A stretch of 43,617 nt of DNA from Intoshia linei (taxonomy: Eukaryota > Animalia > Orthonectida). Below are positions 10,229-23,700 of this stretch, piece after piece. Each line of letters opens with the position of its first letter. Position 1 is the first letter of the stretch. Position numbers and translations under genes: made by a program. The notes beneath the pieces are model-generated. The model saw only the letters and a list, made by a program, of their open reading frames with translations. It was not told the origin of the DNA and ran no database searches. The stretch is from assembly GCA_001642005.1 (NCBI GenBank), contig LWCA01000180.1, forward strand, positions 1 to 43,617. Direction: 5' to 3'.

Positions 10229-10856
10229 ATGGAAAATTCAAAAAAAATGAAAAGAAAACACTGCGACCCGCAAGAACTCGATGAACTAAGAAATCGAATA
10301 AACGACAGGTAAAAATAAACGTGTAAATTTTTTATTTAAAATTAGAGAAAGACAAAGAATGCACGATTTAAGCAAAGCAATGAATGAATTGAGAGACGTA
10401 ATGCCATACCCTGGAAACCCGGCAGTACGAAAATTATCAAAAATCGCGACATTGACATTGGCCAAAAACTATATAATTTCATTGAAACAAAAAATTGCAG
10501 AAATAAACATAAACAAACACAACCCTGTACCAGTGACAAATTTCCAATTGCAATATAACGAGAATTTACTACTTTTGAAAAATCACGTGTTGAACGAAAT
10601 AAACAATAAACATTTACACAAATGCAAACCTTTCAAAGATAATTATTTTAAAAATTCAGATAAATATACAATCGACAATATCATCCAACCAAAAAAAAGT
10701 AATTATTTAATTCAATTTTTAATCTATAATATTAAATTAATTTAAACGTTAGACAAAACAAATGTTAGACAAAGAGAAATGTATATTTGTACATGCAAGG
10801 ATTGTGTTCAGTTTAGAAATTTTTGTCAGTACTTGCAATATTACGATAAAAATTAG
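10229..10856 (+). CDS. Olig-family bHLH transcription factor
   Basis: Exons 10229-10308, 10346-10698 and 10753-10856 give [51 protein letters not shown]. The last exon adds CTCKDC, matching the C-terminal CxCxxC of Olig proteins. Confidence 0.92.
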
Positions 10857-11656
10857 ATTAACTCATAAATGTCAAAATTAATAAAATTTAATGTTTAATT
10901 TATCCCATTATTTTTATTAGCACTCTAAACACCATTAATGCCTCTTAAATTTAAATTTAATCTAATTAAACAAATATCGGTTTTAATTGTGAATATTAAT
11001 TTGTTCAAGTAATACTGTTAAGTCGTCAAACCTGTGATGGATAACCTTTTTCTGGTGCAGATTAGGGTGGGAAGGAACCAATGTGCCCATTGGGCACAGT
11101 CCGTCGGGTCACTTTATCTGACCCGCGAGATGTTACATTGATTTTTTCAACAAAAAAAATATGATAAATACCAGGCTTGTAATAAATTATTTTAATAATG
11201 AAATTTGCGGCAAGTGGGTAACAGACCAATTTGGAAAAATCTATTAAATCGTCGTCAACAATTTTATTCAAGTCAAACAATAAAGAAATTTAATGAGACG
11301 TTATTGAAGATGTCAAGAAATTCAAAATTTCACTTTTTTTATTGACTGTAATTGTGAGTTGGTAGAACCATAATAAATTTAGCGGACAGAAAAATACGCT
11401 AATTTTTTATTTTCTCAATTTTTTCATTGAAAATAGTTAAAAATTGACAATCATCTCTCCACGGCCATGACATAAAAAGTATGCTATTTTAATTGAATTG
11501 AAAGATGATTTATTCTTGAAATAGATTGAGTGCAGCTATATATTATAAAACAAACAACAATGGGAAATGATAAAAATATATATTTTTCATTCATTAAATG
11601 TATACAATTAATATTATAAAAATACATAATAAATACAATTGAAAAGGCTTTAATAA

Positions 11657-14600
11657 TTATGGACTATCGGTATCAAATCGTCTACAAATCATGTTATTGA
11701 AAAAAATTAAAAGTGTACGATTTTCTAGATTGAGTAAAACGGGTGCTACCGAATTCAATTTTGTTTTCTATTTTAATTTCATTATCATGCCTATTTTTAT
11801 TTCTCATTTCCATAAATCTGTCATGAATGTCCTCTTCTCTCTTCTAAAAATCATACAATTAAAACAGTAAATAAATTAAACCTTTTGAGCATGATGATGA
11901 CGAATTTGCTTTTCTTTTTTAGCTTGTAATTCTTTGCTGTCTAGTCATAAAAATTATAAAATTTAATAAAATAATACAAATATTTGATATAGATTTTTTC
12001 ATTTTTTTGTTTAGGGCTTTACGGATATCAAAATTTGACTAAAAATATACATTATATCCATTTTAACTTACTTTTGGTGTAATAACAATAGTGTCAATTT
12101 TTTCACTAAAAAAATTTAAAGATTTAAAAATTATATAAAAACCGTTTATTAGGTTTATTTTTCAGTTCATTAAAGTCAAATGAATCGGAGGACGAAGATA
12201 CAATTTCACGTCGATACGATTTAACTGGAGCTTCTTCAGAGCTAAATTTTCATACAAAACGTTTGATTACCAGAGTACCTTGAGCCTGTCAGAGAAGGTT
12301 CTTGTGGTTTCGGTCTACATGTAAATTATAAAACAAAGCAACAACTATTGCTATAATTTAAACTAAATTTTTGATACATTGAATTTTTTTTAAATTTCAA
12401 TACCAACAATCCAAAATAACAAAAACTTAATTTAAATATATTAAAAAGTACCGACATAGATAAAGCCTTTATTAGAGATTCAGGTTTTGGATCATCGCTT
12501 CGATGTTTAGTAGTCGTTTTTGATTTTCTTGAACTAGAGCATTTATCACGGTGGCGATATTTAGGCGACTCTGATCTTTTTGTTCTGGTGAAACTCCTAC
12601 GTTTTCTTCTTTGTTTGGATTCATCTCGTTTAGGTTCATTTCCAAAAGAAGTTATATATTCAATTTTGCCTGGTTTCTCAGTGTACTCATCGCTTTCTTC
12701 TTCTCTAATATACAATTAATCAAGTTATTCAAATTAATTACACATCCGGTATTTCTTTACAAGTTTCCTTTACAATGTACCTATACAAAAAGTAATAGAA
12801 TATAAAAAATTTTTTTTAATACGCTAAAGGGCTTAATCCACGCTCAGCTCTCCTTTTTTCTTTAAAAAGCATTCTCTTCCGCCGGCAATCTCTGCCCTAC
12901 AAAATAGATTTATAAAATATTTATTTATTGCTAATTAAATTGACATACCGACAATTGCATTTTCATATCGACGTCTTTTCTCCATTCTGCTAATTCTGCC
13001 TTTTTTCTCATTTCTTCTCTTATACAACTAAATAAAACTGAAAAAATTATTTTAATCAACTTACGATGTAAATTCCTCAAAAGTTAAACCATACTGAATG
13101 GTGATTTCGTTCAGAACTTTAATATCTTCTTGTCTTACAACTGCTAATATTGACTGGAAATCACATTTATCGATTTCTATAATTTAAATAAAATATAAAA
13201 AAAATCATGCCTTACTTTCATCAGTATCGGAAATACTGCTTTCGCTACCCGAGTCTTCAGGTAATGGTGGCATTTGAGGTGGTGGAATGTTGGCTAATTA
13301 TAAATTAAAATATGTACAAAATAATATATTTACCATGGGATGAAACGTCTGAGTGGTCATTTTCATACAACCTTGAACTACATGCACTGAAAGTTATGTT
13401 TTTCATAAATATACCTCAAATTTAATCTATATTTATCAGCCTTTTTATCAGCTTTGTGGATTTTACTAAAAAAATTGTCCATATCAACTAAAATAAAATA
13501 AATTATGTAAATTTACATGTTGGTTAATATCATAATATTGATTAATAACACTAATATTCGAGGGTTTTTTATCAAACATAAGAAATATAGTCAGGGTACA
13601 AGTTTAATACGCGGATTAACGTGTTATAATTTGTTTTTTTCAATCACTTCAAATTTTCGAGTTATCACAATTTTCATAAATTGTAGTCGAGCCGGTGTTA
13701 ACACATATATATAATCAAGGACATTATCAAAAATTTTATAAAATATTACACTTAAAAGGTGACCGACTTTTATTAAATTTAGTAAAATCTTATGAGAAAA
13801 AACCAAAATTTTCCAATATTTTTTTAAAAAATCCCTCTATCTTATACTTTAATTAATAAATTGATCTATGGGTAACCCGAAAACATGATTTTACGTGTAA
13901 TGTAAGTAGTTAATCCAGAAAATTTTTATTTCATTTAATTTGTCGATGTTGTGCCAAAACTAGATATAATTAAAGAAATTTTTTATACATTTCTATAGGT
14001 ATATGTTTACCCATCAATTTTATCATTTGTAAAAAACAATATAAATCGTAAATTGACTTCACGGAGAAGAGTACTTCTTAAAAAAATCTTTAAGTCTCAA
14101 TCAAAACGAATCTCGATCTTAAAATGAAAAAATTTTTTTTAAAGCGATGTATATTAGTTAGCTTATATATAACGAAAGTTTCACTGAGTTTGTTTAAAAT
14201 TTGTTGTACAGTGTAATAAATAAAATAATTCAGATTGTTCAAAAGGCCGCACTTTCCCCACTTCTGTTTTAATCTAATGTAGTTCAATTTAAATATTTAA
14301 ATTAATTTTTTTTTTGGTATCATTATATTTTATAAATATTCGCTTAAAAATGGTTTCAAAACAATAAAAATGATGTAATATTTAGCGCAGTCATCTGTTA
14401 GAGAACATTATTCATAATTGAATTTTTTTTAAATTTCTCAAGAAATATCAAGTTCTATGTAAGTGGTTCTCGATTCAGATAGTGTACAGAGTCTGTACTA
14501 CAGACCCCATTTCAAAATATTTATTTTTTTTGCACCCAAAAGTAAACATGAAATTTACAACATTTATGAAAAAATTAACGGTTTTTTCTCATATAATTTG

Positions 14601-15780
14601 GTAAAATCGTCTTTTTTAAAAAAATATTAGAAAAAGGGGATTTTTATTTTGTAGTTTAAGTGAATTTTAATCATAAGATTTGGTAAAATCGAATTTTTAA
14701 AAAACAATATTGGTAAAAGTAGATTTTTCCCTGAGGGTTTGAAATGGTATTTTTTATTAAATTTTATTAATGGGGGATAAAAGTGATATTTTTGAAATAA
14801 TAAAAAATTCCATACATCTCGCAAATCTGTAATAAATATTAAAAAATCCAAAAGTTCATAAATTTTGTTTGAATCTCACGAACCCTCAAACATATAGTTT
14901 TGACCCCGATCGCAAAGCACTGCTCTATGTATAATCAATTATTATAAATAATGTCGCATAAAAATTACCCCTATGGAAATGATTGTAAATTAGTATTCGA
15001 AATCGTTCATATACAATCATCGAGTCTTCTTTTTCAAAATGACTAAAGATTATTAACACTTTATAACAATTTTCGAACTCTACGTTTCCTTGTAATTCAG
15101 GAATAAAATCTAGATGAGTCCTTACATCAAATCTATCAATCATGTTATTTTTGTCGCCTTGCCAAGGCATCCTAAAAAATACTTAGAATATTTATATTAA
15201 AAGTTTGTTAACATTTCCGCGAGCTTGGTGGATTCAGCTTTGTCTAGTACTTTCATTTTTTTCATTTTTCAAAATAATGGATAATTTTAAGTCTTCGAGA
15301 ATTCAGTTTAATGAGTTAATATGATTTTAAAAAATGTCCATAATGTTTTTTTAAAAATTTAAACTATTTTTCATTTTTAAAAAAGTTATTTGTAGTTTGG
15401 TCTAGAAGATGTAAATTTTTTAATTTATTTTAATGCTCAGGAAAAATTGACTTATTTACATTTTTGAAATTTCTGAGATTGTAAGTTGTAAAATTACATA
15501 ATTTTTTTTTCATCTGCTCCACTAGAAATAGCTGGATCAATGTGTATTTTCGCTCGAATTCCATACGCTCTTGTTTGATTATTTGGATCTCCAGCCTATT
15601 AAATTTTAAAATTAAGAACAATTGAATGCCAAAAATAAAATTTTATGCAAATGTCATCAAAATGAGTAAAAATATTTTTACAATTTTCTGGAGATGTAGA
15701 CGTCGTCTGGCTGATCTTTTACGGTAGTCAACAATCATCGATCTAACCTTTTTTTCTTGCTGTCTCGCTTCGTGGTACAT
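11657..15780 (-). CDS. CLASRP: CLK4-associating serine/arginine-rich protein (SWAP-related splicing factor)
   Basis: MYHEARQQEKKVRSMIVDYRKRSARRR, RAKIHID, MMPWQGDKNNMIDRFDVRTHLDFIP, YERFR, SGRDCRRKR, KIEYITSFG and an RS-rich tract. Many short introns plus a ~1.48-kb intron (13488-14968). The 3' end is inferred from a last exon SRFDTDSP*. Confidence 0.93.
14461..14922 (+). mobile_element. hAT-Charlie-type MITE carrying module B, in a CLASRP intron
   Basis: Ends AAGTGGTTCTCGAT / ATCGCAAAGCACTG; 8-bp TSD TTCTATGT / CTCTATGT; homologous to 36543-36988. Confidence 0.8.
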
Positions 15781-16023
15781 ATTGTCGATAAAAATGTACA
15801 AAACTATTTATAAAATGATAGTTTATATGACAATATAGTGTATTATAAACAAATAGTTTATTTTAAAAATGTAAATACAAATGTATAATGATTTTGCGTA
15901 CAAAAATTCTAAAGTTTATATTATTGAAATTTTTTATATCACTGATTATTTCAATTTGTTAATTTAATTAAATAAATCATTATTATTTACTTATTTTAAA
16001 CTGTGATTAATTCATTTCAACAA

Positions 16024-16720
16024 TGCATAGTCTGAATTTGATTCTGCAATACAGGAATAACTCACTTATAATGTGTTCGACGAACACTGTTCTAATACTG
16101 ATAGAAGATTATTGGTATTAGAGTTGTACCCTTTTGAAATGTATTGGAATTTGGAATATGCATTATTATATATTTTGTATTAATTTTATATTTGTTACAA
16201 ATTTTTATAACATTTTACTATGAAAATAAAGTTTAATTTAAACTTTTTAGGAAAAAATTTTAATATTGGGTGGCCGGGTCTAAATTCAACCAATTTGAAT
16301 AATTTTTTCAGGAAAGTAATCACCATCACCAATAATCCTGATGGTGAAAAATACTTTTTGATCTTTGAATATGGTGATCACTCTAATGTCCAGACACCAT
16401 TTTTGAAATTTAAAAATTGCGTAGCAATGAAAAAAATTCCGAAGGAATGAATTATATAGATTTTTACCCATATTTCTTTATTGGAAATGTGTAGACGTTC
16501 ACTGCACATTTTTTTTGAAATTGTAGGATCAATATATACATTTTCAATTTTTATTTTAATGGAAATATTTGAAAAATATTGGTTGATAATATATTAAAAA
16601 TTATTTTAATATATTTTGAGGTAGAAATTTATCTTACTATCACTCAGGAAAAAACTGTAATTGAAATGTGGAGTCAACATTGTAGACTATTAAAAGTTTT
16701 GAGATCAGTTAAGAGTTAAA
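16024..16720 (+). pseudogene. Possible decayed coding sequence of unknown identity
   Basis: Protein-like stretches (GKNFNIGWPGLN...KYFLIFEYGD; GMNYIDFYPYFFIGNV*TFTAHFFEIVG) follow a TTTTTAG acceptor at 16250 but are broken by stops and frame changes. Confidence 0.3.
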
Positions 16721-17723
16721 AAATCAAAAATTTTTGATTATATATTAAAATTTTATAAGTTTCATCAGAATCAACCAGTTTATACGCAGTACTAAACACA
16801 TGAATTTAGATTCCACTATTTTTTATAAATTTCAGCTAAAATCAAATAAATCGATTAATTGATATAATGATTGTTCCAATACAACGTTAATACTTTAATA
16901 ACATACGAACAACTTTTCATAATTCCGATTCTCTGGAATCAAAAATATCGGATATTTAAATTCGCATAGAAATGTTAATTTTGTATCATGGAAAACAAAT
17001 TAAACTTAACGCACATTAGTGTAATACACCACTAATGATAAACTAATCAGTAGAATTATTTCCGTATTAATGATAGAAAATCAATGGTAATATTAAACAT
17101 CTAACAACATGTTAGGATTATGGAGACCATAATCGTGTCAGTTGGGCGTGAGAATATTGTTTACTACTGTAATTTAACAAATTTTACAACTAACAATTGA
17201 AAAGTAAATGTACAAATAAAATATATAAGTCGGAGTCAATAATTTCTGTGGAAAGAATTGTCTATGACAACTTTTAAGATAAGCTTGTTTTATTCAATTT
17301 CATTGCATCACGCTTTAAAAATTTAGTTTTACAAATTGTATTTTGAATCAAAAAGTAAAAGATTTATAGAAACTTTAAACAAATGATAAATGTAATAACT
17401 ATTAATAATAATAATCTATCAATATACACATGAAAATGTACATTACAATTTATTGAATTAGCAAACAATTTTGAGAGGGTAAGCTAGGAAAATTTCAAAA
17501 TTTTGTAATGTAATATTTTACAATATTGACACGACTATTGATCCGTCATTCATTAAATTTACCGCATAGTTTTAATTTAGTCATAATTTATAGACAAATA
17601 TTATCGAGATTTGTATCCAAGACTTAAATTTTTGTGCATTCGTATATTTAATTTTTGTTTGTACAAGTGATAAAAGTAAACAGCATAATATCTGTTATTT
17701 TCGGTTTAATCTATAATTAGAAC

Positions 17724-20700
17724 ATGGAATCAAATGATACCGAGCTAAATGATTTACTGAAAATTCAAACAAACTCTCAGGTGTTTAAAAACGATCAAAA
17801 TTCTGTTAAAAACCCCTTTTCCGAAAATATTGAAACTGTCAAACAGGACGAAACTTGTAATAATGACAATTTAATAGAATTAAAAATTGCATGCAAAGTC
17901 GACACAGATTTAAATAATAAAAAAAAAATTGCGGAAAATGTTACAAACAATGATATAGAAAATTTTACAAATCCTGAAGCGTGGGTTCAAATTAATGAAT
18001 CCAGTGTTTCGCCAGATGAAAATGTCGATTTTTCTACAAATCAAGTAATTTATGGTGAAAAAATTTTAAACATTAGTAAATCTTGTGACAAAGAATACAC
18101 TGACACCAACGTTTCCGAATGTGATTCTTCTATAGATGAGAGAGTAAAAGAAACTGAAGTTGTCGATTTACCTATCAAAGATGCAAGTGATAATAAAGTT
18201 GAATTAGAATCTGAAATCGTAGACGATTTGAATGATACCAAGGAAAGTTTTGAAATAATTCATGACAATGATACCAATCAAAATGTTGAAAATTTATCAG
18301 AAATGGCACAAACTATTGAAAAGTGTAATGGAATTGTCGAAACTAACTCTAATATTACTGCTGAATCTCAAAATATTGATTTGATCAACCTATCTAAATT
18401 AACTGATATTAGTGACATTGAAAATGATGATAGAATAATAGTTAACAATTTAGTATCGTCTTCAGAAATTCAGCAAATTAACGGCGATGTAGCTGTCGAT
18501 GTTCCAAAAGAAATCATCCTAGAAAAAGTCGAAACAATTGAAAATGTAAAAAAAAAATCAGTCGAATGTAAGAAAGAATCTATAAATAAACAGGAAAAAA
18601 CTGAAATCGAACATGAAAATGTAATTGCATTGGAGTTGAATAAATTAAACATTAATGATTCCGAACTAATAAAAGAATGGGATACAGATTTAAAAAAAAG
18701 TGAAATAAACCCACAAAATGGTCATATTTTTGATGTTTCTGATACAATTTTAACTCCAGAAATTGAAAAAAATGGAAATGGAAGCATGAATCTTGAAATT
18801 ACCGAATCGGTCAATGTTGAAACGGCCACTCAAGATTGCGAAATTATCAAAAAGAAGAGGAAAACTAAATTGCATGAAAAATTAAAAGTAGAGCCAAAGA
18901 GATTAAACCCAAAATCTGATAAATCATCTATAAAACTGAGAAAATCTAAATTACCTAAATCAATTAAAGATAATACAACTATACCTAAGGCTTCCAGATC
19001 ATCAAAACCAATCCAGAATAAAGATCTTAAATTAGCTCATCCCGACAAAAGCAGTATTAAAAGACGTGCCCTTGATGAAAAAAACAATATAAACGTAAAA
19101 TCTGTTAAAAAATTAAACGTATCGAAAGTTAGGAGTGATGTCAGATCTGTTCATTCAAATATTTCTCATGTTGCTGTTTTAAAAAAAAACATTTCAGGTA
19201 CTTTGAAAAATACAACTGCCCATCGAAATAGTTTATCAGGATTATCAAATGATGATAGACTAAAGAAAAAAATGACAATTGAACAAAATTGTAAAAAGGA
19301 ACGCTTGAAAAAAATCGAAGAAAATAATGAAAAAAGAAAAACATCCGCTTTAGTTCGTAAAGAAATGTTAGATAAAAAGGTTTCAAAGTCTCGTGAATCA
19401 ACTTATAGAAGGTCTATTGTAGTTGCTGAAAATAAAGAGAAAATTGATAAAAAGGTAAACTAGTACTTTATCTGTTTACCGAGCTTGGGAATTATCTAAA
19501 TTTAATATATATAAACTAAGCATGGAAATAATACAGTACAACCGCGCATTTGGGGCGGTTTTTGGCTATCATGTTAATTTCATAGTATTGTGTGATATTT
19601 GTGTCGAATAAATCAGGTTTTCGGTACTTTATATTTTTTAACTAAAATTTTTCACAATTTTATCATTTTTAATTTCGAGAATATGTATAATTGAGTGGAA
19701 TAACATAAAAGATAATTTTGATAATTTTTGCCATATTTAAAGTTTCGTTGATAGCTTGGTTTCCCTCAGTTGATAAACTGAAATTGTAAAAAAATAAATA
19801 TAGCAGTGTAGACGGGAAAATGTAAATAAATATAAAAATTATATACAATGGAATCCGCTTATAAAAGACGCATTGGGACCAACCAATTTGTCGTTTATAT
19901 CCGAAAAATGGATAAGTCGTAGAATGTGTAAAACTTTTATATATATTTTAGTTTAATTTTGGGTTTTAGTAATTTTTTTTAAATCAAAATTTTAAGGGGG
20001 GTTTTTAGGAAATTTTTTTTGAACCAAACTTATTTAAAAATTAATTATAATTAATTAATAATTTATTTTAAAAAACAAATTGCCTATCCACTAATATACT
20101 GTCCCTTATATTCGTCTGTCATTTATATACAAAACAAGCGTTTGATTCCGTTCCTAGCTTTTTGTCCCTTATATACGGACGTCTCTTATAAGCGGATTCC
20201 ACTGTATTATGAACATATTTTTTACCAAACTTTATAAGAGAATTTGAGAATATTTTTTTACTATTATATTACTATTTAATAGTAGAGGGGAATTTCAGAT
20301 TATTTTGATACCAAGCTTTAAAGCAGTAGTGGTCAAACAACGGCCCGCGAAATCATACTTCATACTTATATTTACATTCAAATTTTTAAATTGATTGTTT
20401 ACGTTGTAAATTTTACAACATGTCACATTCCATTTAGTAATTAACCGTCTATTTTTACGCATTAGATAAAATTTTCCTATCTTTATCTCTTAAATAAAAT
20501 AATTGTATATTTTTAATTGATTAAACTAAATACAATAATATAAAAATTAAATTTTTTGGTTGGTTTTATCACTAGTTGAACAAAAAAATTATTTTTATTA
20601 TTTATCAATAATAGGCTAATTTTTGTTAAAATTTGATCAAATTTTCTTTTATTGTTTGCATAGATATAATTATAAATACATAAAATTTTGAAACTGAATA

Positions 20701-23700
20701 ATAAATACAATTAATAATTAAAATGCACTCCAAAAATAATGATTGTTAATTATTCCAATGGAATTTTGACACTTTAATATTTAAAAAAAGCAATTAAATT
20801 TACAAGCAAAAATGAAATTTCATTAATTTAAATTGTTTCATGTGTATTCACGATATTTGTGCGGCCCGTGACATAATGATACGTGGTCAATTCGGCCCGC
20901 ATATCAATAAGTTTGCCCACTACTGCTTTAAAGAGTAGATTTTCTTTTAGAGAACTATTTATTTGTCAGTATTTCATTACCAAAACTGTCAGTAATAAAA
21001 TGTACTTTGTCAGTATATTATAAAAAAAATAACTAACCTAAAAAAACCTAAAATACTGACAATTATTTATTTTTACTGACAAACTATTTAAAATACTGAC
21101 ACTTTACGGATTAAAACATTGACGCTATCAATACAAGCCTTTGAAGGAAAAATTTCAAAAAATAATTTAAAAATTCCCCTTTAAGGGTTTGGTAAAAAAT
21201 ATGTTCATAATTTATAATTTTTATATTATGAAAATTGACTTATTTTTTTAAAATCATGTAGACGATTGATTGAAAAACTTTTCTTTTATATTAGAAAAGT
21301 TATTCCTCAACAGTAGTAATCAAAAAATAGGAATTATAAAATTCTACAAAAGATGGGATTTTAAAAATAAATTCATAATTTGGTTTCTCGTTGACTCCGA
21401 TACTAAAAATCAGAGTATTATTAATTTTCAAGGGAAAGACGATGTTAAGACCATAACCAGCATCATTTTTTTTAGAAAATATTATTTTAATATGGGACCA
21501 AATTCAAAAAAGGAAACAAGCATACTATTTTTTTATAAAATGCTCTGATTTTCATAAACACTTTTGATACATATCAGTGCTTTTCAACTTTTTTTATTGG
21601 TACGCTACTTGGAAATAATTACAAAAATTTTGTTGCACAAGCAAAAACAAAATTTTAAACACTTTATATATTTTGGTGTTTACTGAACATTTTTACTATT
21701 GTATAAGATTTTTCAACGAAACACTGCAAATTTATGATGGAATTTTTTTTCTACAAAAAAACTCATGTAACCACCATATATGAAATTTTATATAGTTAGA
21801 TTCCAAGTTTTCGCTGGGATATATAAAATTAACTGAGACCAACTAATTAATTTTAATTTTTATTTTAGACTTTGAATAAGTCGGTTCCAACTGAAATTGG
21901 TACGTTATTTTGTTTTTTGCATTTTTTTATTTTTAAATTTAGAAGAAAAAGAAAAAAAAATTAAGACATTCCCAAAATATACTCGAATAATTAAACGAAC
22001 TGTTGTGAACAAGGTATTTTTTATTTTTTTAAACTATAAATCTTTAAATATTTATAATAGTTTCCACTGAAATTAAATATATACTGCAATCGTCTCCAAA
22101 CTTTTTTTATTGTCACCTTGCAGAAATTATAAGATTTCGTATTACCATTCGAAAAAATGTATTACGGACAAATAAATCAGATTTCCAAAGATTTTTACCA
22201 CCGACTGATAAGTAGTGATTGTACCGTGACAAAATTTCCTGTAAATCGTTAAAATCTCTGGCGATTTATTTACCGGGATTTCATGAAATTTTTTTAATAT
22301 ATTCTACAGATCATAGAGGCTTTGCTTCTGAACGATTACTTGAGCTATTAACTTAAAAATTAGTTTAATTTGACAATAATGTTTTATCAACAAGGGTGTC
22401 GATTTTCTGGTATCAGATAATTTTATTAAATACGTAAATGTATATAAATGACTAATTTGTAAAATGTAAACTGAATACAATGACGATGTAATTATGATTT
22501 TATTATTTAGAACTAAGTACACGGATAAAGGGATTTTTTTTTTATTATTGCTAAAATTTTGGTTTTTATTTTTTCTCGTAGGGTTCGGTAAAATCAAAGT
22601 TTTATAAAAAAATAGGAAAAGAGATTGTACCGTAACTTAAGACTTTAATGTTTGTAAAATTCGATTTTTTTGTGGTTGGATTAAGTGGTTTTTTCATGAC
22701 CCGTTTTGACAGACTGCATTGTACATCCAAGCGATCTGACAAATATTATTATAATTATAAAAATAGTTCTCAACCTTTTTCAAGAGTTGCCCTTTTTAAA
22801 ATTGAATTATATCAATTTTTAAATCAATTCTAAATTTGCTAAGTGCGATCTATAATTAATTGGATTTTAATCTTATTAGTTTTGTTTGCCTTTCATTTTA
22901 AGGTTAATATCTGCATAATTATAACACTAGCTTGGTTGTTATGTATTTCGTACAAACAGCACCTAGCTTTAACGAGGGCGGACTGTTTTGATTCCATCAA
23001 AAAAATTAAATCTCGCATAAAATGATACTATTGACAATTATCAACCCTTTAAAGGAGTGGATACCAAACGTGTTAAGACATTATTTTAATTTTATGATCA
23101 TTAAATATATCAAATGTTGTATAATGAAATAATTTCCCTAAAAAAGGTGTAAAAGCAAATTGATTTTTTGACTTTGAAGACGTCACTTTCTAAGATTTTA
23201 ATTTTTTATGTGTTAATTTTTGATTATATATGAACTGCAATTTTTTTTAAAAGGGTAATTTGTGGTTTTTACTCTGAAGATGTACTTTTTTGATATTAAA
23301 ATTTATGATAATGTTCATGATTTTAAAATCGGTATCAGAATGCATTTTTTTTAAAAAAAGGATAACTTGGGTTTTTGACCGGTAAAATGTTAGTTTCTGA
23401 GATTTAATTTTGAAACTAATCTACATATTTAATTGGTTTGTGACTAAATTTAATGCAAGTCAGGTGTATTAATACATTACAAATTTTTTATATTCCATTT
23501 ACAGACGGAAAATAACAAAATTGCGAATTCATCTCTCAAAAACCACAAAAAACGAGTATAAATATATTAATTTAACTAACTATAATAAAATTTTAGATTA
23601 ATGACGTTGAGATTAAAAATTTAAAAGAAATTGAAGAAAAAAGGGAAAAAATAAAAAAAAAACAAGAAATGGCAGAAATAAACCTCGAAAATATTAGAAA

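Larger units (their letters stand above)
19829..21227. mobile_element. Long-TIR (Mutator/MULE-like) non-autonomous element hosting two nested MITEs
   Basis: Removing the insert at 19846-20206 restores the left arm AATATAAAAATTATATATTATGAACATATTTTTTACCAAAC, which is the reverse complement of 21187-21227. The flanks ATGTAAATA / ATGAAAATT resemble a 9-bp TSD (7 of 9 match). Confidence 0.7.

Noticed and set aside
19472-19780. Possible MITE with CTGTTTACC / GATAAACTG ends
   Set aside because: The inverted match is weak and there is no target-site duplication.
20964-21101. CRISPR-like repeat-spacer array
   Set aside because: The repeats are only 8 bp and switch orientation, they lie inside a eukaryotic MITE, and there are no cas genes.
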